Shown here: piece by piece, positions 1-17,875 of the stretch | How positions within the stretch are numbered: the first letter of the stretch is position 1 | Layout: each line of letters begins with the position of its first letter | DNA from: Macrostomum lignano | Taxonomy: Eukaryota | Reading direction: 5' to 3' | Length of the DNA: 61,009 nt | Assembly (NCBI GenBank): GCA_002269645.1 | Contig: NIVC01003403.1 | Coordinates: 1-61,009 of the forward strand | The notes under the pieces: generated by a model | What the model saw: the letters and a program-made list of their open reading frames with translations, nothing else | The model's database searches: none | Told to the model about the DNA's origin: nothing | Made by a program: the position numbers and the translations under genes

Positions 1-36
1 TTATGGGGCGATATGAGCCATAGGCTGATTTTAGCC

Positions 37-240
<204 letters not shown>

Positions 241-979
241 ACCGTCAGACACTAGAGGACAAGCGGACGGACGCACAAAAATGAAATGCATCAAAAAGAT
301 TACCCCAGAAGTGGTTTGCAATTCCAGTATCGAATCAATCAGAAATTAGAAGCAGTATATAATTGGCCTAGAAAAACTAAGTGTATTCTGCAAACAAAGA
401 CAGGCAAATCAATAACGAAATGAAAATTAAAGTAATTTACTGCAAAAATCGTTTTGAATAGTAGAAAATGGATAGAAGGATTAGAATGAAGCACAATAAA
501 GAAACATTGCTAGACACAATGGAACTGGCCATTTACAAAAATAACACTAAACTTGTTTATATCAATCGCGGAGGGCAATAAGCAAACAACTTCAATTCGC
601 AGAGTAAAAACTGACCATAAGAGCACACATTAATAAGCGTTTCTGTAAAAATGATTACTTCTAATTTCATTCTACACCTTCCCAATAATGTTAAATAGTG
701 CTTTGATAAGTAATTATCGCTACATATCGACTATTAATAAATATATAATCAATTCTGATTCTGAAGGCGTGAAATAGCGCAGAAACATGGCCTGAATGAC
801 GCGTTAAAAGGACTAAATTATTAAAAAAAGGAGACTAGGGACTGGAGGAATCCAAATGGGATTGCTGGCAATCTTTAACAACAACACTTTTTAGGCCCGT
901 AATCGAGAGAAAGTTGTATAAATGGACAGAAATACCTGCACTGGCACGACTGCAAATGTAGGTGAAATCGATTAAGCAG

Positions 980-1550
980 GTGGTCAGAGGCGATTCTTAA
1001 GGTTAGTCAGAGGCGATTCTATATGATAGTCAGGGGCGATTCTATATGATAGTCAGGGGCGATTCTATATGATAGTCAGAGGCGATTCTATATGGTAGTC
1101 AGGGGCGATTCTGAATGATAGTCAGGGGCGATTCTGAATGATAGCCAGAGGCGATTCTGAATGGTAGTCAGGGGCGATTCTGAATGATAGTCACAGGGCG
1201 ATTCTGAATGATAGTCAGGGGGAGATTCTGAATGATAGTCAGAGGCGATTCTGAATGATAGTCAGGGGCGATTCTGAATGATAGTCAGGGGGCGATTCTG
1301 AATGATAGTCAGAGGCGATTTTGAATGATAGTCAGGGGGCGATTCTGAATGATAGTCAGGGGCGATTCTGAATGATAGTCAGGGGGCGATTCTGAATGAT
1401 AGTCAGGGGGCGATTCTGAATGATAGTCAGGGGGCGATTCTGAATGATATTCAGGGACGATACTAAAGGTTAGTCAGAGGCGATTCTATATGATATTCAG
1501 GGGCGATTCTGAATGGTAGTCAGGGGCGATTCTGAATGGTAGTCAGGGGT
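980..1550. repeat. 23-24 bp minisatellite GGGGCGATTCTGAATGATAGTCA, about 24 copies
   Basis: Directly visible tandem units just downstream of the AGPS stop codon. Confidence 0.95.
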
Positions 1551-1691
1551 TATCCAAGAATGTTAGGGGCGAGGCAATCATAAAATAAAGGCTAGTCAGA
1601 CTATTCGAGTTTAATCGGAGATCTGAGCATTAAAATCAGGTACATAACCGATCTCAGAACTACTATACTCAATGCTTCGGCATTGGGCGAT

Positions 1692-5644
<3,953 letters not shown>

Positions 5645-5689
5645 GCTGAGGGTGGCATTAAATTTAGTGAAAATTAATGACTTGATTAT

Positions 5690-6300
5690 GACAATTGATA
5701 CTTTGAGAATGGCAATTGATGCTTTGAGAATGGCAATTGATACTTTGAGTCTGGGAATTGATGCTTTGATAATGGCAATTGATGCTTTGAGTCTGGCAAT
5801 TGATGCTTTGAGAATGGCAATTGATACTTTGAGAATGGCAATTGATGCTTTGAGAATGGCAATTGATGCTTTGAGAATGGCAATTGATGCTTTGAGTATG
5901 GCAATTGATGCTTTGAGTCTTGCAATTGATGCTTTGAGAATGGCAATTGATGCTTTGAGTCTGGCAATTGATGCTTTGAGTCTGGCAATTGATGCTTTGA
6001 GTCTGGCAATTGATGCTTTGAGTCTGGCAATTGATGCTTTGAGTCTGGCAATTGATGCTTTGAGTCTTGCAATTGATACTTTGAGTCTGACAATTGATGC
6101 TTTGAGTCTGGCAATTGATGCTTTAAGTCTGGCAATTGATGCTTTGAGTCTGGCAATTGATACTTTGAGTCTGGCAATTGATGCTTTGAGTCTGGCAATT
6201 GATGCTTTGAGTCTGGCAATTGATGCTTTGAGTCTGGCAATTGATGCTTTGATAATGGCAATTGATGCTTTGAGTCTGGGAATTGATGCTTTCAAAATGG
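5690..6300. repeat. 21 bp minisatellite GGCAATTGATGCTTTGAGTCT, about 29 copies, immediately upstream of AGPS
   Basis: Visible tandem units; open reading frames on both strands. Confidence 0.96.
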
Positions 6301-6413
6301 CACTCATACTTTGGAGACTGGTATTCAATTTTAGAAAGAAGTCGATATTTTGATAATCAAATTTTTACTTAAAGAATGACTTTAATAGTAATAGAAACAA
6401 TAAAATAATAATT

Positions 6414-6443
6414 ATCTATCTACCTATCTATCTACCTACCTAC

Positions 6444-6498
<55 letters not shown>

Positions 6499-6499
6499 C

Positions 6500-6538
<39 letters not shown>

Positions 6539-6539
6539 C

Positions 6540-6635
<96 letters not shown>

Positions 6636-6641
6636 ATATCC

Positions 6642-6679
<38 letters not shown>

Positions 6680-6712
6680 ATATCCATCTATCTATCTATC
6701 TATCTATCTATC
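6414..6712. repeat. (TATC)n microsatellite
   Basis: About 75 tandem TATC units between MRPL4 and AGPS. Confidence 0.97.
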
Positions 6713-6718
6713 TTTATT
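6713..6718 (-). promoter_or_regulatory. Candidate AATAAA polyadenylation signal of MRPL4
   Basis: TTTATT on + (AATAAA on -), about 265 nt downstream of the MRPL4 stop and directly before the microsatellite. Confidence 0.45.
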
Positions 6719-6983
6719 AATGCTAATTTATTATTAATGATAATAATGGCAAAAGTCAAACAACAGGAAAAACGGACATGCAAAAGACCTTAAATCAACT
6801 GTTCTTGCTTTATATTTATACCAATGCATATATTTTACCTGTAACAGACTTTGGGGCAATAGATTACCCACCAATTTTTATAAAAACCTGCTACTAATCA
6901 TACTACTGACAATTGCTTAGTTAGTAGCATAGTAAGTAGGTATTGTACAAAATGCGCGCATCAAGCTACTGCCGGCTGTTGAA

Positions 6984-9396
6984 TCAGTAGTAGACAGGCG
7001 GCGCTACCCGGTCAGGCTGGTAGTGGCCGGTGAAGTGAGTGGCCTGCGGCTCGTCCCAGTCCGGATTGCGCAATCCGGCCGGGTCCCGCCGGCTCAGATG
7101 GTGCAGCAGACGGGCCTGGACTTTCTTAGCGGCATCGACCGTCATCACCAGGGTGTCGTGCTTCAGTATGGACCAGACGTTGATGCCGTAGTAAGGCATC
7201 AGGCTGTAGTAGCGCACGGAATCGCAGGCCAGGGCCATGTTGACGGGAGCCTTGTCCGTGTCAGCCACAAACAGCACGGTGGGACCCCAGCCGCGGGACT
7301 CCACCAGGGTCTGCAGCCAGGCACCGCTGTCCGCGGGCAGCTCTAGGCTGTCAACAATGTGCAGGTCGTCCTGAAATTGATGGGATGATAGCTGAGACTC
7401 CTGCGGTATGAGCTCGGTGGGGAATTCTACTGTGGGATAATCTCGGTGGGGAATTCTACTGTAGGATAAGCTCGGTGGGGAATTCTACTGTAGGATAAGC
7501 TCGGTGGGGAATTCTACTGTAGGATAAGCTCGGTGGGGAATTCTACTGTAGGATAAGCTCGGTGGGGAATTCTACTGTAGGATAAGCTCGGTGGGGAATT
7601 CTACTGTGGGATAAGCTCGGTGGGGAATTCTACTGTAGGATAAGCTCGGTGGGGAATTCTACTGTAGGATAATCTCGGTGGGGAATTCTACTGTAGGATA
7701 ATCTCGGTGGGGAATTCTACTGTAGGATAATCTCGGTGGGGAATTCTACTGTGGGATAAGCTCGGTGGGGAATTCTACTGTTGGATAATCTCGGTGGGGA
7801 ATTCTACTGTAGGATAAGCTCGGTGGGGAATTCTACTGTTGGATAATCTCGGTGGGGAATTCTACTGTAGGATAATCTCGGTGGGGAATTCTACTGTAGG
7901 ATAATCTCGGTGGGGAATTCTACTGTAGGATAATCTCGGTGGGGAATTCTACTGTGGGATAAGCTCGGTGGGGGAATTCTACTGTGGGATAAGCTTGGTG
8001 GGGAATTTTACTGTAGGATAAGCTCGGTGGGGAATTCTACTGTGGGATAAGCTTGGTGGGGAATTCTACTGTAGGATAAGCTCGGTGGGGAATTCTACTG
8101 TAGGATAATCTCGGTGGGGAATTCTACTGTTGGATAATCTCGGTGGGGAATTCTACTGTAGGATAAGCTCGGTGGGGAATTCTACTGTGGGATAAGCTTG
8201 GTGGGGAATTCTACTGTAGGATAAGCTCGGTGGGGAATTCTACTGTGGGATAAGCTCGGTGGGGAATTCTACTGTAGGATAATCTCGGTGGGGAATTCTA
8301 CTGTAGGATAAGCTCGGTGGGGAATTCTACTGTAGGATAAGCTCGGTGGGGAATTCTACTGTGGGATAAGCTCGGTGGGGAATTCTACTGTAGGATAATC
8401 TCGGTGGGGAATTCTACTGTTGGATAATCTCGGTGGGGAATTCTACTGTGGGATAAGCTCGGTGGGGAATTCTACTGTTGGATAATCTCGGTGAGGAATT
8501 CTACTGTGGGATAATCTCGGTGGGGAATTCTACTGTGGGATAATCTCGGTGGGGAATTCTACTGTGGGATAATCTCGGTGGGGAATTCTACTGTGGGATA
8601 ATCTCGGTGGGGAATTCTACTGTGGGATAATCTCGGTGGGGAATTCTACTGTGGGATAATCTCGGTGGGGAATTCTACTGTTGGATAATCTCGGTGGGGA
8701 ATTTGAGAATTCAATAAATTCGATGAATTCGCACTGATAAACAAGCAACTCTCTCACCTGCAAGCACCTGGCCGACAGGGCTTGCACGAGGCCCAGCACA
8801 CGGATATGCTGCGGCAGAATAGTAAAAAACGACTCGGGTCCGCGCGGCCCCTTCACCTGTGCGCCGCCAAAGAATTGCGGCGCCAATCGGTTGCCATGCC
8901 GAGCCAAGCCGAAGCCCTTCTGCGGCCAAGGCTTCTTGTGCCCGCGGGCCACCTCGGTCTTGTAGGTGATGCTCCGGTAGTCAATTAGCCGGTAAAGGCC
9001 CTGCCAGCGAAGGTTCTCGTGCAGCACGTGCGGCCGAGGCACCTGGTGGAAGATTCGCGGGTCCAGCGAGACCAGGCCGAGTTTAACGTCGCTTTGAACT
9101 CGCAGCGTCTCCAGCCAGAGCTGCGGTCCGGGGACGCCGCCGACACCCTCGATGGCGGACTCGGCTAGGGAGGGCAGACTGTCGGGCAGGCCGATCTGCG
9201 ATGCCAGACTGCCAGCATCGGCAGCTGCGGGCTCAGCAGCACTGGAGCCGCCTTCCTGGCCGCTGTCGGGGGGAGAGGCGGAGCTGCTGAAGCAACATCG
9301 GTGGCTGCTGGACGCGGCGGCAGAGAGAGTGGGCTGGGCGAACCGGCGGATGGCGGCGAACCGGCGCACCGCGATGGCCAAACTGGAGCACTGCAT
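6984..9396 (-). CDS. MRPL4: Mitochondrial large-subunit ribosomal protein uL4m, 2 exons, 341 aa
   Basis: Exons 9396-8758 and 7370-6984 (CAG|GT, TTTCAG|GAC). L4 motifs KKPWPQKGFGLARHG, GPRGPESFF, DDLHIVDSLEL and INVWSILKHDTLV; Arg/Ala/Ser-rich N-terminal presequence. Confidence 0.93.
7410..8700. repeat. 29 bp minisatellite GGGGAATTCTACTGTAGGATAAGCTCGGT, about 44 copies, in the MRPL4 intron
   Basis: Head-to-tail units without spacers fill intron 7371-8757. Confidence 0.96.
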
Positions 9397-9425
9397 GGGA
9401 GAAGTGAGTCCGGTTACATGAGCTG

Positions 9426-10197
9426 ATTGGGGCGATTCTCAGGTAGATTTGGGCGATTCTCAGGTAGATTGGGGCGATTCTCAGGTAGATTGGGGCGATT
9501 CTCAGGTAGATTGGGGCGATTCTCAGGTAGATTGGGGCGATTCTCAGGTAGATTAGGGCGATTCTCAGGTAGATTTGGGCGATTCTCAGGTAGATTGGGG
9601 CCATTCTCAGGTAGATTGGGGCGATTCTCACGTAGATTGGGGCGATTCTCAGGTAGATTGAAGCGATTCTCAGGTAGATTTGGGCGATTCTCAGGTAGAT
9701 TAGGGCGATTCTCAGGTAGATTGGGGCGATTCTCAGGTAGATTGAGGCCATTCTCAGGTATAGATTGGGGTGATTCTCAGGTAGATTGAGGCGATTCTCA
9801 ACTGTAAATTGGGGCGATTCTCATCTGTAGATTGGGGCGATTCTCAGGTAGATTGGGACGATTCTCAGGTAGATTGGGGCGATTCTCAGGTAGATTGGGG
9901 CGATTCTCAGGTAGATTGGGGCGATTCTCAGGTAGATTGGGGCGATTCTCATCTGTAGATTGGGGCGATTCTCAGGTAGATTGGGGCGATTCTCAGGTAG
10001 ATTGGGGCGATTCTCAGGTAGATTGGGGCGATTCTCATCTGTAGATTGGGGCGATTCTCAGGTAGATTGGGGCGATTCTCATCTGTAGATTGGGGCGATT
10101 CTCAGGTAGATTGGGGCGATTCTCAGGTAGATTGGGGCGATTCTCAGGTAGATTGGGGCGATTCTCAGGTAGATTGGGGCGATTCTCAGGTAGATTG
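9426..10197. repeat. 21 bp minisatellite GGGGCGATTCTCAGGTAGATT, about 36 copies, abutting the MRPL4 5' end
   Basis: Visible tandem units starting about 30 nt upstream of the MRPL4 ATG; occasional 24-nt variants. Confidence 0.96.
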
Positions 10198-11399
10198 TGG
10201 CATTTTAATAAGCAGATTGGGCAGTAGTCAAGAAAAAATGAAATCATCAAAGACCAGGTCGTTACGCGCTTTAATTTCCAGTTTACGGTAATAAAAAAGC
10301 AGAGATACAACAACACAAGTAACAGCAAAATAATAATTATACTAAAAATATTAATCTGAATACATTAGCAATTAAATATTAAAAGTTTACACAGCAGCAG
10401 CATGAACACCGCAACAATTAATTCGAGTTTTAGCTGGCACAATAGGTTATATAATAATAAATAAATGCCGGCAAGACAAACTCTGATAAAAAATTTAAAA
10501 GACATTTTATCAATTTTTGGCAAATATGGAGATATAAAGAATGTTATTTTAAACTACTATAAGTAGTGTGACATAAGCTAGGAAATCCGCTTTAAAACTG
10601 AAGCCTATTTTTAGTTGAATTCCCAGTTTAACTGTGAATATTCAAGGTCAACTGACTGTTTTGAATTAATAGCACTTAAACAAAGCAATATTTCAATTGT
10701 TTACGCCTACTACTTCTAAGGCAATTTATAATTTAAATAATTAATTATTTTAAATATTACTTGTAACTTTCTAAATCTGGAATTGCCTATTTGAATTACT
10801 ACTACTGAAAAAAATCTTTGCGCGCTACTAACCGCAGTAGAAAAATTCGAGTATAACTCATAAATTTCAGCGACCTCATTAAATTAAAAAATTCTTCCGT
10901 CTTCCGACTTTCATGATTTGGCTGCTAACTTGGAAGAAGCGGGATGATTTAACTAGGAAGAGACAATCGCATTTTTAGGCGCGAAATTTTGGGTCCCAAC
11001 TAATTCTCCGGCTTTATTTCAATTAGTTGCGCTAATTGAAAAACACTGTAGGCAAAACTGCAATCAAGAAGGCAAAAGAATGAAAGATTCCAAAATATGG
11101 CCGCAGTAGAAATAAACAAAGTACAAAAAGCAGACGATTGGCATCGGGTATGCATTGATGTGTATTTCGAAGACGAATGCCACATACACCAGAACTGCAA
11201 ATTAAGATCAGGTGCACTAATTCTTGTCCAGCTGACCTGCACAGTGGCACTGCAAAAATCTGACCAAATATTGAAATTGTGGTTAAATAAATTTATTAAT
11301 AAAGATGCATCTTTTTGTTGTCGCCAAGTCGGGAATGCTTGTGATTCGATCAGCTGGAGAACTTGAGCTGATGGTCAGAGACAGTTGAGAGAAAACAGT

Positions 11400-11765
11400 T
11401 CGACAGGCAGACATCGAGACACATTCACATCAAGACAGGCAGATAATCGAGACACATTCACATTAAGACAAGCAGATAATCGAGACACACTCACATCAAG
11501 ACAGGCAGATAATCGAGACACATTCACATCAAGACAGGCAGATAATCGAGACACATTCACATCAAGACAGGCAGGACATCGAGACACATTCACATCAAGA
11601 CAGGCAGACATCGAGACACATTCACATCAAGACAGGCAGATAATCGAGACACATTTACATCAAGACAGGCAGACATCGAGACACATTCACATCAAGACAG
11701 GCAGACATCGAGACACATTCACATTAAGACAGACAGATAATCGAGACACATTCACATCAAGAGAA
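11400..11765. repeat. 30/33 bp minisatellite CAAGACAGGCAGA(TAA)TCGAGACACATTCACAT, about 11 copies
   Basis: Visible tandem units downstream of the ITPK stop. Confidence 0.92.
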
Positions 11766-11988
11766 GCAGGTATCAAAACAGACGGACAAAAAGCAAAGTC
11801 CAAGACAGAGGCCAAATGATACAGAAAAGCTACATGGAGTAGATTATAACAGTATAATAGTTGAAAATACAAAAAATGATAAATATAACGGCAGTCTCAA
11901 GCGAAATAAGGCTAGAATTATTTGCCTAGAAATTCAATTGGCCTGGGGAACTGAGAGATCGATGGGAACTGTTACAGGACCAGCAGTC

Positions 11989-14303
11989 CTATGCGCACGC
12001 GTTCACCAGCTGCTGGAATAGGTGGATAATGTTGTCCAGGCCAGTCAGGTAGCCGTCCTCGTGATTGCCCTCCGACCACTCGGCAGTGTGGCTCAGCCGG
12101 CTGGGACTTGGCCGCGTCTTGCCGAAGTCGATCATCCACACGGAGGCGCGCCCGGCGCGGTCGTGCACGAATAGCAAGGAAGAGCCGATGAGCTGTCAAT
12201 TTGGCGTGTAGGGATGAGCTCAAGCTGTGGGACTCATCTATGGTGAGACGCATTTGCTCGTAACTTTATTAACTTATTATCACATCGAAGCTTGAAACTT
12301 AACTATAGGTGGAAGCTCAGGAATCGTGATGGAAGCTCAGGGATCGTGATGGAAGCTCAGGGATCGTGATGGAAGCTCAGGGATCGTGATGGAAGCTCAG
12401 GTATCGTGATGGAAGCTCAGGGATCGTGATGGAAGCTCAGGGATCGTGATGGAAGCTCAGGGATCGTGATGGAAGCTCAGGGATCGTGATGGAAGCTCAG
12501 GGATCGTGATGGAAGCTCAGGGATCGTGATGGAAGCTCAGGCATCGTGATGGAAGCTCAGGGATCGTGATGGAAGCTCAGGGATCGTGATGGAAGCTCAG
12601 GCATCGTGATGGAAGCTCAGGGATCGTGATGGAAGCTCAGGAATCGTGATGGAAGCTCAGGCATCGTGATGGAAGCTCAGGCATCGTGATGGAAGCTCAG
12701 GGATCGTGATGGAAGCTCAGGGATCGTGATGGAAGCTCAGGGATCGTGATGGAAGCTCAGGGATCGTGGTGGAAGCTCAGGAATCGTGATGGAAGCTCAG
12801 GGATCGTGATGGAAGCTCAGGGATCGTGATGGAAGCTCAGGGATCGTGATGGAAGCTCAGGCATAGTGATGGAAGCTCAGGAATCGTGATGGAAGCTCAG
12901 TGATTCAGATGGAAGCTCAGGGATTTAGATGGAAGCTCAGGGATCGTGATGGAAGCTCAGGGATCGTGATGGAAGCTCAGGAATTGTGATGGAAGCTCAG
13001 GGATCGTGATGGAAACTCAGATATTCAAATGGTAGCTTGGAGATTCAGATGGAAGCTCAGGTATTCAAATGGTAGCTTGGAGATTCAGATGGAAGCTCAG
13101 GTATTCAAATGGTAGCTTGGAGATTCAGATGGAAGCTCAGAGATTCAAATGGTAGCTTGGAGATTCAGATGGAAGCTCAGGTATTCAAATGGTAGCTTGG
13201 AGATTTAGATGGAAGCTCAGAGATTTAGATGGAAGCTCAGAGATTCAGATGGCAGCTCAGAGATTCAGATGGAAGCTCAGAGATTCAGATGGCAGCTCAG
13301 AGATTCAGATGGAAGCTCAGAACTCTGTACAGACTACTTAGAGTAGTATATTTTACATAGTACGATAGCTACAAAATGCGCACTTTGAAATACTAAGTTG
13401 AAATTGTACATTCCCAGTGAAAATTGGAGAATTAAAATAGAATTTTGAAAACTGTTTTCACCACGCAAATTCGCAATTAAACTAGAGAAGATTTGCGCCG
13501 AAAAAAAACGCACTATTAAGCTAGCTAGCTTTTACAATTAACAGTTACTAACGGCAGAAATGCTATACAGCACTCCTCCAACTAACAATTAAAACATTCA
13601 ACAAGCGTACCTCGTGCTTAGGAAAGAACTCTGACTGAGTCAATGCCTCGCGAAGGCGCCGCAGCCTCTCCAGATAGGCTCTGGCCACGCCGCCGGCCTG
13701 AACACCGTCAACAAAGTACGCCAGCATAGCCAGAATGTCTTCCCTACGGCGCAGTCGTTTGAAATCGTCAAACGGCGGAGGAGCAACGGAGCCGTCAGGG
13801 TCGCCTCGCTTCAGCCCGTCGATGCGGAAGGCCAAGGAGGAGGTGGAGGACAGGCGCTCCCGCCACAGCATGTAGTCCAGCTTGGTGACCGCGCCAGCCG
13901 CTCTCTGCTCGGGTGTCGTAGCGTCCGGGTCGGTTTCAACGATGCGCCTGTACATGTCAGGTCGGGGCTTCGCGTCCCGCCTAGCCATAGCCAGCTCGTC
14001 CTCTAGGTAAGTTCGGCAGCCAATCTTGCAGTCCATCAGCGATACGGGAGCCTGGAACTCGGCCAGGAGGTCCTGCATCTCTACGAACTCCGCGCCGCCA
14101 CCGCTGTCGCTGTCATCAGACGGACTCCGACGAATGCCGTAGAATGCGGGCGCAAAGTCGCGCAGGCGCGGGTCGCTGGCCAGCGCCTGCAGGCAGTCAG
14201 CCTCCGCCTGACAGAGTCGCTTCATCACCCGGCCTGGCCGGCTGCCGCTCTGAAAATTGCCAGCATGACCGGACAGCTGCGTCCAAGCTTCTTCGGTTGC
14301 CAT
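11989..14303 (-). CDS. ITPK: Inositol-trisphosphate 3-kinase (IPK family); 298 aa from the first ATG, exon may extend to the acceptor at 14367
   Basis: Exons 14303(14366)-13611 and 12192-11989 (GAG|GTAC, ACAG|CTC). Motifs [23 protein letters not shown]|[20 protein letters not shown] and NHEDGYL. The 63 nt from the TTTTTCCCAG acceptor to the ATG are open in frame, so the N-terminus is uncertain. Confidence 0.9.
12312..13320. repeat. 20 bp minisatellite GGAAGCTCAGGGATCGTGAT, about 50 copies, in the ITPK intron
   Basis: Visible tandem units; after about 12900 they convert to GATTCAGAT/GGTAGCTTGG variants. Confidence 0.96.
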
Positions 14304-14974
14304 GGTTACTGTTGACTGGTTAGTTCGATGATGCCGAGGCTTGAGCGATCGCAGTTCGCTGGATAACTGGGAAAAATAATACGAATATAGAGTTATTGAA
14401 TAAAGGCTTTAACTTTGGCAAATAACACTATTTATCAGTTTGCAGAATGTGTATCTCAGCACAATAAACAAGCTGGCTTATTAAACTAAGCCAAAGGCTG
14501 GTTCAAGTCCGCTAAGTTCAGTCGCGATAAGATACTATAGGCCCGATAGAATAAACTCTCAGGTGAGACTAAACGCAGAGTGCAGAGTTGGTGCAGAGTG
14601 CTTGGGTTCCACAGAGAGAGAGGGGTGACAGGCTTAAAATACACCAAGCCAACCGGCCTCCTCTCCTATGCCCACACGACTCTGCTCGTTTCATTTTCTC
14701 TGTTCTATTTCTAAACAGAAAGCCAATGAATTGCTGAGACAGGCGGGCACGCGCTGGAGTTTGCGCACACTCTGCTGCTCACAGTGTTCAGCGTACGCCA
14801 GAGTGACCTCGGTGAGAGAGGGAGGGATGGAAAAAGGACAGAAAAGTAAGCGAACAGGCCAGTAAGCCAAGCAGCACACTCAAACTCGACTCAGGGTTGA
14901 CCTTATATGCGGCCTGTTAATAGCTAAAAAATTTTCTTGAAGCTTTTCAGTTTAAAAAAATCTGTTTCAACAAC

Positions 14975-16692
14975 TGATCGACCGTTTCTAAGAATTCTTT
15001 GTTAAACCTCTGATCGACCGTTTCTAAGAATTCTCTGTTAAACCTCTGATCGACCGTTTCTAAGAATTCTTTGTTAAACCTCTGATCGACCGTTTCTAAG
15101 AATTCTTTGCTAAACCTCTGATCGACCGTTTCTAAGAATTCTTTGTTAAACCTCTGATCGACCGTTTCTAAGAATTCTTTGTTAAACCTCTGATCGACCG
15201 TTTCTAAGAATTCTTTGTTAAACCTCTGATCGACCGTTTCTAAGAATTCTCTGTTAAACCTCTGATCGACCGTTTCTAAGAATTCTCTGTTAAACCTCTG
15301 ATCGACCGTTTCTAAGAATTCTTTGCTAAACCTCTGATCGACCGTTTCTAAGAATTCTTTGTTAAACCTCTGATCGACCGTTTCTAAGAATTCTTTGTTA
15401 AACCTCTGATCGACCGTTTCTAAGAATTCTTTGTTAAACCTCTGATCGACCGTTTCTAAGAATTCTCTGTTAAACCTCTGATCGACCGTTTCTAAGAATT
15501 CTTGCTAAACCTCTGATCGACCGTTTCTAAGAATTCTTTGTTAAACCTCTGATCGACCGTTTCTAAGAATTCTCTGTTAAACCTCTGATCGACCGTTTCT
15601 AAGAATTCTTTGTTAAACCTCTGATCGACCGTTTCTAAGAATTCTTTGTTAAACCTCTGATCGACCGTTTCTAAGAATTCTTTGTTAAACCTCTGATCGA
15701 CCGTTTCTAAGAATTCTTTGTTAAACCTCTGATCGACCGTTTCTAAGAATTCTTTGTTAAACCTCTGATCGACCGTTTCTAAGAATTCTCTGTTAAACCT
15801 CTGATCGACCGTTTCTAAGAATTCTCTGTTAAACCTCTGATCGACCGTTTCTAAGAATTCTTTGTTAAACCTCTGATCGACCGTTTCTAAGAATTCTTTG
15901 CTAAACCTCTGATCGACCGTTTCTAAGAATTCTTTGCTAAACCTCTGATCGACCGTTTCTAAGAATTCTCTGTTAAACCTCTGATCGACCGTTTCTAAGA
16001 ATTCTTTGTTAAACCTCTGATCGACCGTTTCTAAGAATTCTTTGTTAAACCTCTGATCGACCGTTTCTAAGAATTATTTGTTAAACCTCTGATCGACCGT
16101 TTCTAAGAATTCTTTGTTAAACCTCTGATCGACCGTTTCTAAGAATTCTTTGTTAAACCTCTGATCGACCGTTTCTAAGAATTCTTTGTTAAACCTCTGA
16201 TCGACCGTTTCTAAGAATTCTTTGTTAAACCTCTGATCGACCGTTTCTAAGAATTCTTTGCTAAACCTCTGATCGACCGTTTCTAAGAATTCTTTGCTAA
16301 ACCTCTGATCGAGAGTTTCTAAGAATTCTTTGTTAAACCTCTGATCGACCGTTTCTAAGAATTCTTTGCTAAACCTCTGATCGACCGTTTCTAAGAATTC
16401 TTTGCTAAACCTCTGATCGACCGTTTCTAAGAATTCTTTGTTAAACCTCTGATCGACCGTTTCTAAAAATTCTTTGTTAAACCTCTGATCGACCGTTTCT
16501 AAGAATTCTTTGCTAAACCTCTGATCGACCGTTTCTAAAAATTCTATGCTAAGCCTGTGATCGAACGTTTCTAAGAGTTCTTTGCTAAACCTCTGATCGA
16601 ACGTTTCTAAGAATTCTTTGCTAAACCTCTGATCGACCGTTTCTAAGAATTCTTTGCTAAACCTCTGATCGACCGTTTCTAAGAATTCTTTG
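14975..16692. repeat. 36 bp minisatellite GTTAAACCTCTGATCGACCGTTTCTAAGAATTCTTT, about 47 copies
   Basis: Near-identical head-to-tail units with no spacers. Confidence 0.97.
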
Positions 16693-17875
16693 CCGGGCTC
16701 AGAATCCTAAGTTTGTGGTTTTCTCTACATCAAAGTGGCATTTTACATCCTGCGTCTAAAACTCAAAAGCTGAATTTAAAATGTTAGCGTCAATCAAAAC
16801 ATTCGAAATGTGAAGGTTGTCAACAGCCTATGACTTATTAATCGCGGCTTTTAATCTTTGGACTCACTTAGCGAGAGTGCGTGTGTTACGTGCCACGTAA
16901 GAAATTAGTAAGTATCCACGCTATTGTATGTGCTCAGTCAGCGGAATGGGCAGAAGTTGTAGGACGATTTCACCCAAGGCGTTGAGCAGGGTGCCCCGGT
17001 CTGGTGCCAGCTACAAACTGGATGGATTTCCAACAAAAAATCCTCAAAATTACTTATTTTAAGCATAACTGTAAATTTTAAATCGTCCCGTCCGCATTGA
17101 CGAAAGCTGTAATTTTCATGGCGTCAATTTTTTACTCTCTGAGTTATTGAAAAGGACTGCATGAAGCTTTTTTTCTAAATTAATAAGGCTTTTAACCACT
17201 AAAATCGTACTTAGTGGCGCCACCACACTCAAGGCACTGATAAGCAATAATGTATGAAAGGTCAAAGACTCACTGGTAAGTTAAGCTGCTTAATTCGAGC
17301 AATTCTGGGAGCAGCAACTAACAGTTGTTGGCAGTCGAGTTCAAATCGTTGATCCTGTGAACTCATTGCTGGCAAACTGGTTGGCAGCTAATAAATGCAT
17401 GCAATCAACAGGTTGATGAAAATAGTCTGGGAGATAAAATTAAACTCATGACAAATTAACTTTTTCTGATACTTAATAAGGTTCTAAATTTCTAAGGAAG
17501 TGGAAATTTGCAGTCTTTGTATCGAAAATATAAGCAAGATAGAACAGATAAATATGGCTACATCACTAAGTCAGGGTTCCTATAACTACAAGGGGTATGC
17601 AATAAGTTAATGGATGCACAAAGTGGGAAGGTAATGTACACAATTTGGCATAGCGGGTATTATGTACATTATCTTGTGATTATATTTGTGCAATTTCAGA
17701 CAAATTCACTCTATAAAGCATGTGCTGCACACACGAAAAGTTAGCATGCCCCCTAACACTAAGAATTCACAATTGAGCTCAACGGAGGCCATTGGAGACT
17801 CCAAAAGTGTTCTAAGGCAGCAGGAGAGCTTTGAGTAATTTCAAGTAGCTTTCGGCAATGAAGCACCTTCCAGGA

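Noticed and set aside
9233-10291. (YLRIAPI)n and (GRFSGRL)n ORFs upstream of MRPL4
   Set aside because: Array translations; the minus-strand one is out of frame with MRPL4 (offset 355 nt).
11097-11366. 89-aa plus-strand ORF MAAVEINKVQ...
   Set aside because: No recognisable motif and no consistent exon chain; the ATG context resembles a promoter-type AAAATGGC motif. Left unannotated.
14975-16692. 36-bp partly palindromic repeats resembling CRISPR direct repeats (likewise the 29-mer at 7410-8700)
   Set aside because: Units are head-to-tail with no unique spacers, no cas genes are present, and the context is a eukaryotic intron or spacer.
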